Positions 43,581-56,528 of a DNA stretch of 64,000 nucleotides are shown piece by piece; positions within the stretch are counted from its first letter, which is position 1, and each line of letters opens with the position of its first letter. The notes under the pieces are model-generated. The model saw only the letters and a program-made list of their open reading frames with translations, was not told the DNA's origin and ran no database searches. The stretch is from Chrysomallon squamiferum. Taxonomy: Eukaryota > Animalia > Mollusca. The stretch spans positions 13,640,001 to 13,704,000 of the forward strand of contig CM022679.1 of assembly GCA_012295275.1 (NCBI GenBank). The letters are read 5' to 3'. The translations under genes and the position numbers were made by a program.

Positions 43581-44202
43581 CTATTATAAGTAAAATGATA
43601 AAATAATATGATAATTGTGAATAAACTATAATAAAACCACAATATCTAACGATGATGTTAGATCAGGATTGCCATCGGATAGGATAATTGGTGTTCAAGT
43701 GTTCAGTTGGTGGGCCTGACTGAAATCCCCCGCGGCGCAAGTGTTGCCGACCCCTGTCTTAATTCATGTTTCCACAGGTGTCAGTCACTTCAGAACTTCA
43801 ACCAATCAAAGCGCACTATTTCACACACCCATAATATTTCATTTTCCGCCGCCATAGTGTGTTTTTATGTTGTTTTTTGTTTAGTTCAATTGTTCAGCAA
43901 CCGTTAATACTTGCGTTGTTAGTAGGCTTTATTCATAGGCACAAAGGTGAAGCGATGTGCTTCGGGGACATGCAAATCGGATGAACGGTACGAAAGTGGA
44001 CAACATCTGACATATATACCGTGTCCGAAGCCGAAAACAACGAGAAAAATGCGGACGATAACATTCTGAAAAAAGAAAGTCTTTTATAAACATGACCATA
44101 TTTTCAAATAATAATAATAATAATAGACATAGCTGACATTTAGCTATATACGAATTACCTAAATATGAATAATATATATGCCCATACACAGCATTGAACA
44201 GA

Positions 44203-44420
44203 AGAAAAGAAGAAAGAAATGTTTTGTTTCATGATACACTGAACACATTTTATTTACGGTTATGTGGTGTCGGACATACGGTTAAGGACTACACTATTTT
44301 GAGGTAGAAAGTCCACTCTTTCCACTTCATGGGCTACTATTTTTGATTGGAAGTACCATCCCACAGATAGGGTAGTAGATACCAATTATAGTGCACTGGT
44401 TGGACTAATGGATCCACAGA
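44203..44420 (-). mobile_element. Truncated, decayed copy of an abundant gastropod-type SINE; copies 26202-26391 and 62928-63135
   Basis: gaaagaaatgttttattt...cactcaacac...ttatttacggtta...gagaggaaacccgct...gggctact...ccatcccacaga...tacatacca...gcactgg, with a (TTTC)-like tail on the minus strand. Recognised from memory of gastropod (Gigantopelta-like) repeats, not from a search. Confidence 0.65.
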
Positions 44421-44643
44421 CAGTGTTAAGAAAACGAAAAACAGTAATGTGTGTGTGTGTTTAGAGGTTTTGAGGTGAATTCAAACTAAACAGCTTGACG
44501 ATTTATTGTAAAAGTTCAACTATTACAATTAGTCTTGAAAAGACACGTGTGTCATTTGTTATCTTCTGGTTTGTTACTTTTCTTTTTTCTTTGCACTGTA
44601 ATAAACCATGCTTCAATATCAGTTTAATACCAAAATACACTCA

Positions 44644-44760
44644 TCCAGCTTTACAGGAGCAGTTAGCCTCTGATAGCTGTTTTGTCACCAAGCAAACCTG
44701 AATATGTGGTTTGTGTGTCGAGTCGTTTTTCCGGAAATTTTTTATATCATTGATGTAGCC
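44644..44760 (-). mobile_element. SWIM zinc-finger relic facing the THAP relic (ISL2EU/PIF-Harbinger-like second ORF); copy 63371-63487; deleted in U3
   Basis: The minus strand reads GYINDIKNFRKNDSTHKPHIQVCLVTKQLSEANCSCKAG, then GG|atgagt, which looks like a mutated gtgagt donor. Confidence 0.6.
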
Positions 44761-44974
44761 TTGTCGTCGATGCAGATATAATGGACTGATAGCTACAGTT
44801 TGTTTGACAACATTAAAAAAAAATAATAATAAAAAACAAAAATGAAGAAAATTATTATTTAAGGCCAGATAGCAGAGACATAAATGGACATAACTGAAAA
44901 GTGTGAAGAATATATATATATAATACGTACATGTTTATGAGTGTATGTGTGTATATACATATATATATGTTGTT

Positions 44975-45149
44975 TTGGATTTTGAATATTCTCTGTGAAA
45001 TCTACGTCTGACTAGACTCTTCACAGACAACATTCCTGTGGCGCAGGAGGATAAAGTCCAGTCACGACTTCAAACCCTCGTCAGATGCCGCTGATGAGAC
45101 TCGAACGTATGTCACCCTATCGCTCGCACTACCGTTCGGCCATCAAGAC
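44975..45149 (-). mobile_element. tRNA(Leu/Ser)-derived SINE-like element; copies 26572-26737, 63697-63872, a diverged copy 47260-47432, fragments ~28880 and ~38715
   Basis: The minus strand reads GTCTTGATGGCCGAACGG (A box) ... GTTCGAGTCTCATCAGCGGCA (B box and T arm), then a non-tRNA body. No intact anticodon arm. Confidence 0.65.
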
Positions 45150-45182
45150 CACCTTTACATATGTGCGTGTGTATTTAACTAT

Positions 45183-45218
<36 letters not shown>

Positions 45219-45235
45219 ACACGCACATACATATA

Positions 45236-45528
45236 CAGGTACCGAACCAATTATCCGGCGTCCTGAAATCCCGAAGGACCAGAAAATCGGAATTTTTTCC
45301 CCCGACGTTACCTTTGTAGTTCGCGCGCGTTGACGTTCATTTCACTCGCCGCATTGTTTACGTGTCGAGTCACCACAGTTGTGTATTGTCAATTTTCTTT
45401 ATGTTTTTAATATTAAAATGTTTATGCCTAATTATTTACGTATTTAAATGCCTTGGTACCAGAAAATCGGAGAATCCAGAAATTCGGAAGGTATAGGCCC
45501 CAAGGACTTCGGATAATGGATCCAGTAC

Positions 45529-45531
<3 letters not shown>
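45236..45531. mobile_element. ~295-bp Tc1/pogo-like MITE between (CA)n and (TG)n; paralogues 26814-27110, 63939->64000, right-end remnant ~20505-20521
   Basis: TA|CAGGTACCGAACCAATTATCCG ... CGGATAATGGATCCAGTACTTG; imperfect 22-bp TIRs. Confidence 0.7.
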
Positions 45532-45574
<43 letters not shown>

Positions 45575-45585
45575 ATTTATGTATG

Positions 45586-45632
<47 letters not shown>

Positions 45633-45777
45633 GTATGTAAGTAAGTATGTATGTATGTATGTATGTATGTATGTATGTATGTATGTATGTATGTATGTAT
45701 GTATGTATTTTCGCATAACCAAATACACTCTTTAATTGGAATTTAGAGAAATAATAACAGTACAGTTTTATTTTCAG

Positions 45778-45951
45778 AAGTAATCAATATGACACATGGA
45801 AAAATGCATAGATGTGGCCACGATGTATGTGATAAGATACCATGGTATTGTGTACCTAAAGACAACACGTGCTATTACTGCAAAGACATCAGTGATTTGT
45901 GCTTCACACAGCGTTTGAATTTCCCTAAACAGTGTGCTTCTTTCTGTAAAG
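45778..45951 (+). CDS. Cysteine-rich ectodomain exon, copy C (unit U4)
   Basis: Same splice sites, 174 nt, open: (E)VINMTHGKMHRCGHDVCDKIPWYCVPKDNTCYYCKDISDLCFTQRLNFPKQCASFCK. Confidence 0.85.
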
Positions 45952-46412
45952 GTAGGTAGATGTGTATGTATGTATGTATGTGAGTTTGTGTTTGTGTTTA
46001 GTTGTATGTATGTGTGTGTGTAGTTGTGTGTATGTCTGTGTATGTGTCCTTTTTGTGTTAGTATCTGCATGAATGTTTATGAATATTTATGCATGAGTAT
46101 GTGTATCGAGGTTTCTAATAAGAAATATTTTTGCTCTCTGTATGTTTTAAAATATTTCTATAATGCAGGTCTTTCAAGGCTAGATGATACTATATTTTAT
46201 AACACTACTGTCACAATTTTTATGTGTTTTATTATTTGACAAATAAATAAATAAATAAATAAACAGGCAAACCACGAAACAAACAACTAAACAAACAAAT
46301 AAATAGGTAAGTGTGTGTGCGTCTGTATATACATACATACATGCATTCATACACACATATATCCACATTTTTTAATGAAAACATTCCTATGCCTGTGTTT
46401 TTTAATTCTTAA

Positions 46413-46443
<31 letters not shown>

Positions 46444-46911
46444 ACGTACATATATATTGGTGCATTGGTCCTTTGGCTATATATTTGTGCATGAGAGAGA
46501 GAGAGAGTGTGTGTGCGTCTGTATATACATACTATACATGCATTCATATACACATATATCCACATTTTTTAATGAAAACATTCCTATTTGTGTACGTTTG
46601 TGTGTGTGTGTGTGTGTGTGTGTTTAAGAATTAAAAAACACAGGCATAGGAATGTTTTCATTAAAAAAGACTTAAAGTTGATCATGTAATATATATTATA
46701 GGGTGCATTGGTCCTTTGGCTATATATTTGTGCATGAAAGCGAGAGAGTGTGTGTGCGTCTGTGTGTGTGTTTACTAGAGGTTTCTAATTAAAAAAGTTT
46801 TTGCTATATGTATGTTTTAAAATGTGTCTATAAAGCAGGTCTTTCTAGGCAAGATGATGCTATATTTTATAACAGTACTGTAATATTTTTATTATGTGTT
46901 TCGTTATTTGA

Positions 46912-46954
<43 letters not shown>

Positions 46955-47830
46955 AAAATAAATAAATAAACAGACAAACAATCAAATAAACAAATAAATA
47001 AATAAACTTTTGTGTTTTTGATCTCAGTTTATACACAGTAACACTTTTTCTCTGTGTTTATTTCACCAGATTATATTGATTTTTTTGTTTCAGATTTCCT
47101 TGGCAGTCAAATAATAGAAAGTAAGGCTTATTATTACTACAGCCATGAAATAATAAATGCTCGTGTATGCATATCTGTGCGTATGTGTATGTATGTACGT
47201 ATGTATATTTGTATATATTATGTATGTTTGTATGTATGTTTGTATTATGTATGTATGTAGTTTAGGATTTTGAATAGTCTGTGTCTTATGTACGTCTGAA
47301 TAGACTTTGCACATAGACAATATTCGGGAACACACTGGTACAATCTCGACCTCACAAACCCCGTCAGATGCCGCTGACGAGACTCGAACGTATGGCACCC
47401 ATTCGCTCGCACTCCGAAGGGAGACGATCAAACAACCCTTTATATATGAGGATATATGAATGTATGTATGTATGTATGTATGTACGTATGTATGTATACG
47501 TATATGTACCAAGGCAGCAGTCGAGTTTGCTTGATAAAAATGGCTAAATTTATAGATTTTTCTAAAGGTGATGTTACAAAGTTACTCTGATTGTATTTCA
47601 GATCTTCCACAGAATAACGAGGTCCTTTATACAGCACTTTTCATAGCATTTCTAATAGCAGTAGTAGTATTATCAGCTGCAGGTGTACTGGTTTTCCTAA
47701 AATGGAAAAGACTGAGTAAGAACAAACATGAACACGGTGTTGAAAAAATTGAAGAACAAACAGAACTAATGGAAACAGGAATAATATCAGGTGAGTTATA
47801 CAGCTATTTTTACAGTTATCAAATTCTGAA

Positions 47831-47867
<37 letters not shown>

Positions 47868-48327
47868 CAGTGCATATGTTTCAATTCACATTAATTTTCC
47901 GTTTTGTGAAAATAAATAAATTTGTTGTTACGTGCTAGTCAATGGTCGAAATGCACTGTGTAGTCTTTCAATATTTTATTTGTTTCTTCTAAGCACTTTT
48001 TGTTAATAATAAAGAATGGATAGAACATTCTAAATGTCTGTATGACTGGATATCTACCTGCGTTTGGAGAGAGATATGTATTGCGACTGTTATGAAAATG
48101 ATTTTGTCTATTTGTAAGATATCCCAAATGTTCGAGTCTATTGTATGATTTCTCATTACTCGTTTGTATTTAATTAATGTTGCTGCTTTTTTATTACCCG
48201 CCAAAGTCTGTCGTTGTTTGACTGTGACAAGCATCCTTGAGAATAGCTTGATCCTATTAGCATGTTAATTTTGTCACTCACTCACTCATGCATGCATCAT
48301 TCACTAACCCATCCATTGACTTACTCA

Positions 48328-48405
<78 letters not shown>

Positions 48406-49539
48406 ACTACCTACATAAACGCAGGAAATATAAATTATTGAATCATATTGGTCTTGTCCGTACAAATAGTTCTTTGAAGTATGAGTCCAGGCTCATTTGG
48501 ATACATCCAAATCTTTTTCTGACAACTTATGACAAATCAGTCCTCCTCGTCAAGCAAAATGATGTCTTCATTATTGATGCAACTAAAGGGTGGAAATTAC
48601 AATGCTCATCCAGTTTCGTGATAGTACATTTTTTCTGTCATACTTTATCATTAGCATAGATTAGTTGTCACTTAATTAAAAAAAAAAAAAAAAAAAAAAA
48701 AACATTAATTAGGAGATATAGTGAATGCATTTTTACCATTTCTTCATACTGTCAAAGTAGAGGCCTACATTACGGTCAAATTGAAGATCATTATTGTTAA
48801 TTTGAACAAACAAAATTTCTTTGTATAAAATGATTTCTTTAATGTCTTGCTGTGTCGTTGCAGTAACAGCACTAATTTTTGTTCAGTTTATAACAACTTC
48901 TGACTTAAGCTATTACGTGTTTTTCAGAGTAATTATGGCAATAATATTAATGCCGTCTAAAATTTGTAGATGAAATATATTTATATATGTTGTACATTGA
49001 AAGAGAAATTTCTGAGTAGTAGATTTATATATTTTTAACAATGTTTATTTCATTTTCTTTTTTATTATTGTATTTATTATTTGTTTGTTTGCTTTTTTGT
49101 TTTTTCTCATGGCGTTATATTAAGTGACTAATAAAAGATATGAGTATATTCAGTTTTAATTTTTCTAGGGAACGTGTGTGCTGAATCACAGACAGAGGCA
49201 GGAGATGGAGCTGGGGACACAGATACAACAACTTTGTGTCAGGCAGTTCCCAACGGGAATATCCACTGCAGCAGTGATGAAAAACAAGGAGAGGATGTTG
49301 ATGCTAATAGACATCTCTACAGAAGAAGTTCTGGAAGTGTGTTGTGTCAGGAAACAAGTGAAAAAGATGAAGATCATCCTGTTTTCAGAAACAGAAAAAG
49401 AAACACTGATGATGATATAGTGATTACCTTACATAATAAGAACAAATGTATTCCAATTGGATCTGATCATCATATTGAACTGAAACCACTCATTCCAGCC
49501 GAAGATAAAGAGAACGGAGTAAAGACTGAAAAAGTGTAA
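45789..49539 (+). CDS. Intact multi-exon gene model (unit U4): single-CRD TNF-receptor-like membrane protein, Grindelwald/TACI/BCMA-like, ~249 aa; join(45789..45951,47094..47120,47602..47790,49169..49539)
   Basis: All introns are GT-AG and phase 1, and the joined 750 nt read without a stop: MTHGKMHRCGHDVCDKIPWYCVPKDNTCYYCKDISDLCFTQRLNFPKQCASFCK-DFLGSQIIE-NLPQNNEVLYTALFIAFLIAVVVLSAAGVLVFLKWKR...SGNVCAESQTEAGDG...LIPAEDKENGVKTEKV*. The true start is uncertain: this in-exon Met, or an upstream phase-1 leader exon. Confidence 0.75.
47094..47120 (+). CDS. 27-nt stalk micro-exon 2 (U4), DFLGSQIIE
   Basis: ttttgtttcag|ATTTCCTTGGCAGTCAAATAATAGAAA|gtaagg; phase 1-1. Confidence 0.72.
47602..47790 (+). 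CDS. Transmembrane exon (U4)
   Basis: gtatttcag acceptor, G|gtgagt donor, 189 nt: LPQNNEVLYTALFIAFLIAVVVLSAAGVLVFLKWKRLSKNKHEHGVEKIEEQTELMETGIIS. KWKR stop-transfer after the helix implies N-out topology. Confidence 0.85.
49169..49539 (+). CDS. Cytoplasmic-tail terminal exon (U4), open to stop
   Basis: ttttctag acceptor, phase 1; matches ORF 49174..49539; acidic, S/T-rich, no death domain; contains LCQET and IPAEDKE. Confidence 0.75.
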
Positions 49540-49807
49540 TAATAGTGTAAACAAACCACATTAAAATAATCTCCTTTTGTAACTACTTTTCTTTTGATTT
49601 TATTATGTTGATATATGTTTGCTTAAACATCATGTTTTTATTTCGGACTGTTTACTTAATCTAACAGATTATTTTACAGGGATAGATTATTGTAAAACTA
49701 AAAAACTCATTCAGATGAATAATATTTGAGAACGTCAGAACACAAGGAAACTTAATAAGTTAGATGATGTCACCATTTGATATAGAGTATGATATTTATG
49801 GAGGTTA

Positions 49808-50186
49808 CAGACAGAGGCAGGAGATGGAGCTGGGGACACAGATACAACAACTTTGTGTCAAGCAGTTCCCAACGGGAATATCCACTGCAGCAGTGATGAA
49901 AAAGAAGGAGAGGATGTTGATGCTAATAAACATCTCTACAGAAGAAGTAGAGGATGTTGATGCTAACAGAAGTTCTAGAAGTGTGTTGTATCAGGTAATA
50001 AGTGAAACAGATCAAGATCATCCTGTTTCCAGAAACAGAAAAAGAAACACTGATGATGATACAGTGATTATCATACATAATAAGAACAAATGTATTCCAA
50101 TTGGATCTGATCATCATATTGAACTGAAACCAGTCATTCCAGCCGAAGATAAAGAGAACAGAGTAAAGACTGAAAAACTTTATTAA
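49808..50186 (+). pseudogene. 5'-truncated tandem duplicate of the U4 cytoplasmic exon
   Basis: Repeats 49187 onward about 620 bp downstream; an internal duplication of AGAGGATGTTGATGCTAA shifts the frame; ends ...IPAEDKENRVKTEKLY*. Confidence 0.65.
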
Positions 50187-50189
50187 TAA

Positions 50190-50960
50190 ACCCTAATTTA
50201 ATTATTTTATTTTATTTTAAAAACGAAACTTAAAATCGAAATAAAAAAATATATTTTTTATTTTATTTATTTATTTTATTTATTTGTTTATTTATTTATT
50301 TAATTTTATTTATTTATTTATTTTATTTATTTATTTGTTTGTTTTTATTTATTTTACTTATTTTATTTTATTTATTCAATAATTTAATTTTTAATTTTAT
50401 TCATTTTTTGTTTTTTTAATTTGTTTATATATTTATTTTATTTTATTTTATTTTATTTATTTATTTTATTTAATTTAATTTAATATTTATTTCATTTTAT
50501 TTATTATTTATTTATTTTATTTATTTTATTTATTTATTTGCTTGTTCACTTATTTATGTTTTTATTCAATAATTTAATTTTTAATAATATTATTTTTTAT
50601 TTTATTTCAATTTGTTTACATAATTTTTTTATTTATTTATTTATTTATTATTTTATTTAATATTTATTTCATTTTATTTCATTTTATTTCATTTTAATTG
50701 TTATTTATTTACTTTATTTACTTTCCTGTTTACTTATTTATTTTATTTTATTTTTATTTATTCAATAATTTAATTTTTAATTTTATATCAATTTTAAATA
50801 TTTATTTTATTTATTTTTTTTTTTATTAATTTAATTTTATTTTATTTTATTTTATATTTATTTCATTTTATTTATTTATTAATTTTATTTTATTTTATTT
50901 TATTATATATTTATTTATTTATTTATTTAATTTTTAATTTTATTTTATTCATTCATTCAT
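50190..50960. repeat. (TTTA/TTTTA)-rich low-complexity tract; similar at 32300-33090 and 14540-14755
   Basis: Almost pure A/T with degenerate 4-5-bp periodicity, 3' of the terminal exon in each unit. Confidence 0.85.
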
Positions 50961-51323
50961 TTAAGCTTGTGTTTATTGTAGTTTAGTTTTGTTTTCAATA
51001 GTGTAAACTAACCATATTAAAATAATCTCCTTTTCTTTTGATTTTATTATGTTGATATGTTTGCTTCGATATCATGTTTTTATTTCGGACTGTTTACTTA
51101 ATCTAATAGATTATTTTACAGGATAGATTATTGTAAAACTAAAAAACTCATTCCAGATTAATAATATTTGGCAAAGTCAGAACACAAAGAAACTTAATAA
51201 GTTAGATGATGTCACCATTTGATATAGAGTAGTTAATATATGATATTTATGGAGGTTAGAAGTATGCTTTCTTTCACTACATAATGTGTCTGAGTTATTT
51301 GTCTAAGATTATTTTATAATGTA

Positions 51324-51534
51324 TTGGGTTGAGGAATAACTCATTGGGGTTAAATTTAATTTAATCATTACACAGAAGAAAACTTAAGCTTAACTGATAA
51401 CAAGATGTAATTTAACCAATAACGTAATATCTGTTGTTATTTACCACTTGTTCCCAACGGTCAACAAGTTTTTCGATGAAATAGATCAAAATTTGAATCA
51501 ATTATGAACCGCAATGACTTATTCCTCAACCCAA
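51324..51534. mobile_element. 211-bp mariner-type MITE
   Basis: 28-bp TIRs TTGGGTTGAGGAATAA(C/G)TCATTG(G/C)GGTT with a TA duplication; empty site ataatgTAcatgaatac at ~33201. Confidence 0.92.
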
Positions 51535-54500
51535 TACATGAATACTGAATGTGTAGTACAATTATTTAGTTAATGAACCAAATATGCAAAATTACAAGTT
51601 AACAATGTCGAAAGCCAAATGGTAAAAATATATAAACAAAGATAAATTCAATACAAAACGAAAAAAAAAAGTATATCTTAGATGAATAATATTTGCGAAA
51701 GTCAAACCATTTTATTTATTTTATTTTATTTTATTTATTTCATTATGGTAAAAAAAAACAACAAAAAAACAACATATAGAGTAGTTAATATATGAGATGT
51801 ATGAAGGTTAGAAGTATGATTTTTTAATGTTATTCTAGATAATGTGTTTGAGTATACTACTGTTGTAAATACAATAGAAAACGAAATTATTATGTACATG
51901 TTCTAATAAAACTAATATACTACTGTTGTTCTAGATAAAATGATCGACTTATTTAGTATAAGATTAATAATTTGTAATGAATGTAACTAATTTAGGCAGA
52001 ATTAGAAAACAAATAACAGAGAATACAAAAATTTCACTGTTAAAATAGTGTAACAAACCATACCAAAAAATACTTCTTTTTTTCTTCTTATTTTTCTTCT
52101 TCACAAGTATAGATAACCAGGTTTTTATTTTTTATTATTATTATTATTTTTTTAATGACAAGTAATTATATAAACTGAAATACCCACCTCCTTTAAATGG
52201 AACAAGGCCACATTTAGAAATTTCCCTAATACACTTCAGTTCCATACATCCTTACTCGATTGTTTTTCCTACTTCAATACATTGTCCATAACCATCACCT
52301 CAAGCTGATAGAATAACAGTAGAATTAACTTAGTATTAACATATTTTATTATTGTAGACGTATTAGTTTTGTTTGTGGTATGTGTATTATTATTATTATG
52401 TATTAATATTTTGTTTTGAAGTGTTTGCCTTCATCAGTATATCATTATGCTTCAGTAATAATTATGTCGAGGTTTCACTGTAAGAGTGTACATGAATTCA
52501 TTCCAAAAACATGGGGAGAAATCTTCTTGGATCCGAATGAGATCACAAGTATTATTTTACACCGGCACCATCTAAATTAAGTTTGTATGATGATATCATC
52601 AGATGTCAGTGAAGCAGACCAGATTAACTCCCCGCCAGACTATCCTTGGTCTACCCCGTGGTGTAAAATAGCTCTTTATATTCCGTGGAATGTTTTGGCT
52701 TACAGATTATACCCGATCATACGCTCTTATGTTATTCATAAGTTGGTCTGTGTTTAAATGTTCTTTACAAGATAACATGAATGACACGATACAGTCAGTT
52801 TAAACCACACACAATTCACATAAGATCTTGAGAATGACTCGGGTATGGTACTAAAATGATTTAGATTCTAAATTAAGTTTGTATAATGATATCATCAGAT
52901 ACCAGTGAAGCAGGCCACATTAAATCCACGTCAGAATATCCTTGATCTACCCATGGTGTAAAATAGCTCTTTATATTCCATGGAATATTTTGGCTTACAG
53001 ATTATACCCGATCATACGCTCTTATGTTATTCATAAGTTTAAATGTTCTTTACAAGATAACATGAATGACACGATACAGTCAGTTTAAACCACACACAAT
53101 TCACATAAGATCTTGAGAATGACTCGGATCACTTCAGAGATGTAATGAGGGTTTAGATATAATTATAGGTTTCTTAGATCATTTATCAATAAACAAGAAA
53201 ATGGTCTAGATCATTTATTTGCCAAAATCACCATATCCATTTGCAATGAATGAAAAGCTCAGTAAATCAAAAATAATACATGTAAATGTTCGGAAGTTTT
53301 CATAAAATGTATGTCTGATCAATACTTGGTTATAGTTTGTAACATAATTTTAGTTCTTGAAGTGTAAAAAGATCCTGAACTTTGAGAATATTTAGTGTTT
53401 TTATAAACTGGTTCTGTTGAAGTAGCCAGAATATATTCTAGTACTCTTTAACCCCAGGGATTGTTTGGACAGGGGATATGTATCCTGGGCTGGTACACAA
53501 CTAAAGTACATCAAAAGAACAAAAACTTGATATATTTAATTCTTCATTTGTGATAGAGGTCTTGTTTTGTATTGCTGTTGTTATTGTTGTAATAATTGTT
53601 ATAGTACTGTGATAGTGTTCGTGTTTGCTTTACTTTGTCAGCTTTATGTTTTTCTAATTATAATAAATAAAGTTTGAATAGTTTATTATTTGTTATTATT
53701 ATTGTTATTGTTCCTTTGTTATTGTTATTGTTGTTATTATTAGTATTTGTTGTTGTTGTTGCACAATGTGTACGGTAGCGTTTGGCGCTTAACCCTTTCA
53801 CTCCTAGACTTTAAGCATGATAAAGATATCAAAGTTCGCTTAACATTTTATTTTATTTTATTTTACTTTTCAATGGGGTGGGTACCGACGAAGCAAATTT
53901 AATGTTCAGTGAACAGATTACTGTTGTCCTTATTTCACTGTCATGGATTATAAGGCATTACGCACTATTAAAAAAATCAATCACATCAGGCAAACACACC
54001 TTAAACAAAACCATAACAATAAATAAATTAATTAATTCACTTACAGATTGACTGGTTGAGCAGCTGATGGATCTATCGATGGATCTGCTGATTGACGAAT
54101 TAATTGACCAGCTGATTAAACTAATCAAAATAAAAAAATAAATTAAAAAAATATATAATAATAATAAAAATAAATTAATAATAAAAAAACCTACTTTCAG
54201 ACTAAAGGACCTGATACTAACCAGGTTATCGGAACTTAACAACTTGCTTATTCTTATTCTTTTCATGTGTACAACTAAACTTATCGTTTCAGGCTTGAAA
54301 AAGAGGAAATAAAAATTAAACAACCTAATATAGGTCAAATGAAAGTTTGCCTACACTTGTAGATACATTCAGCACAAACTGACTACTACTGTCTTTAATT
54401 ACTGATGTTGTTCACGTGTCGGTAATATTTTTTGAAACTGCCCAAAATTAAAAATTAAATTTGGGATATGTTGGATGATAAAGAAACAGCCAGCAAGGAG

Positions 54501-55517
54501 ATGAAAATGTCAAGAGCGCCCAAGAGCTGAACAGCAAATAGGACCTGACCGTCACGAATCTCGTTATGAAAAGAACAAACTGAACGAAAACAACAATAAC
54601 GAGTTCGTTACGATTCCATCTGCTCGACTCTCTCTTTTGTCCTTTCTCTTTCCTTCCCCAAACTCTTTTCTGCGACACACACGCCCTCTGGCCCGTCAGA
54701 AAGAGGGCTGTCGTAGACGTGCTTCACAACAGCTTGCTCTAATTAGCACGTTAATTGTTTTTTTCAGTCTGTAATTAAGCAGAGAAGGAAAAGGCCAACA
54801 CGAGAGCACAGTCAGGCGGGGAAACCAATGTTTCTGAAATTACATTGTCTTTACGGACGACTATGGTAAGCAATTGTCTATATTTATTTTGGTAGGGTGT
54901 AATGTGCAGTTAACCTGTGTCAACAATATTTATTAAAATTTTAATTGTTTAATCTGTCCTCCGTGTAGATTCTTATTTTATCTTTGTTCCCCGTATGGCC
55001 TTACTCGTGTTATTAAACAAAATTACTTAAATATATGTTGTATTGATTATATAGAGTATTATTATCAAGTCACCTCTAGATTATAATTAAATAATTAACT
55101 TGTATCTTAACTTGTGTTGTGTTTATTTCTCTTGTGGATGGATAGACTTATTGATTTATACAGACTGCTGTCAATTTAGCGTTTAAATTCCTCGTTAGGT
55201 GGCCATTAAAGCATCTTGTTACCCTTAATGTAACATCTAAGATGTTTAATGTTTTATATACATATATACATACATACATATTTATTTATTGTTTTTGTGA
55301 ATGTTTTATAAATATATGCAGATAATTATAGTTGTTTTTAAATTTTATTATTATTTCATATATATATATATATATATATAAAGTTAAAAGTCAAGTCTTA
55401 ATATTTGTGACATTTTCTATATTTTCGAAAGAAATTTAAAAAAAAATATTTAAAAGTAATAAAAATAAATAAATAATATTGATAATATAAAATAAAATAA
55501 AACAAAATAAAATAAAA

Positions 55518-55552
<35 letters not shown>

Positions 55553-56490
55553 ACAATAATAAAATAATAATAAAAAAATGTTTTATAAATATAAATAGTA
55601 CTAACTTTATTAAATAAATTGGTCGTTTATCTTGATCTTTAATAGTGTACTATTGTTTCTTTGTAATCTCTTATTTCGTACAATGACGTATGGGGTCACC
55701 TCACTGTGCCCGAACCTATTGTTATATATTACTTAAACAGTCAAGGATAGCAAATGATAAAACAGTAGGGGATTACAGTATAGTTTATTTTCCAAAAGAC
55801 CAACAATGGATTAACATTTTACACTCTTACAAAATGGGAGATGAAATCAGCATATTCTGTTGCAGATTACTGCCATGTCAAGAGGAACATTTGCTGTAGG
55901 CGTATGTCAGACTGCGGGCACAGTGAGGTTAAACCTGTGACAACACAAGTGTAAACTATTAAAGCGTACCTGTGGGTCTGATAAATGGTCTGATAAAATT
56001 CTTAACACTTAGTTTAATGTTTTGATAGGCGAACGGTCTTTCATACCAAAGTTTAACAATAATAATAATAATAATAATAATATATGGCGGACTAATAGTA
56101 GTTTTTTTTCTTTTGTTGATATAACTCATTACAAATTAACACTGGACTGCAAAAACGTAACTTGGAAGTATAAAGAATATATTTATACTACATTTTTCTA
56201 ATCACCAAAGAAAGATTATAATTTCTATAAACTACATGTAAAGGAAATCATTAATTAATAAATTAAAAAGACAAAACAAAACAAAACAACAACAACAGAA
56301 GAATAAGAGGAATAATATTTAAAGTAAAAAATAAATAATGGAAGTGATGATGGCAGTAGCATCAGTAATAGTAGTGGTGGTAGTTGTAGTAGTAGTAGCA
56401 GTAGTAGTAATGAACTTCATAACAAAACCTTCATCAACAAAACAATTCAAATCTATGATGTAAATGTATGTATGTTTGAATGTATCTATG

Positions 56491-56528
<38 letters not shown>

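Noticed and set aside
44495-44701. Identical 68-aa hydrophobic ORF in U4 and U5 as a possible signal-peptide exon
   Set aside because: TTG start, no phase-compatible donor found, absent from U2/U3, and it overlaps the antisense of the SWIM transposon relic.
45060-45149. Possible tRNA gene (A and B boxes on minus strand)
   Set aside because: No proper anticodon arm or acceptor-stem pairing, and it is fused to a repeated body; treated as a SINE head.
48430-48659. Coding-looking block in the TM-to-tail intron (also 13205-13430, 31080-31300)
   Set aside because: The plus frame is not conserved across units. The minus strand (…RTDLL*VVRKR…YLYGEDQY) has stops and at most weakly recalls a LINE ORF2 C-terminus. 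Not a host exon.
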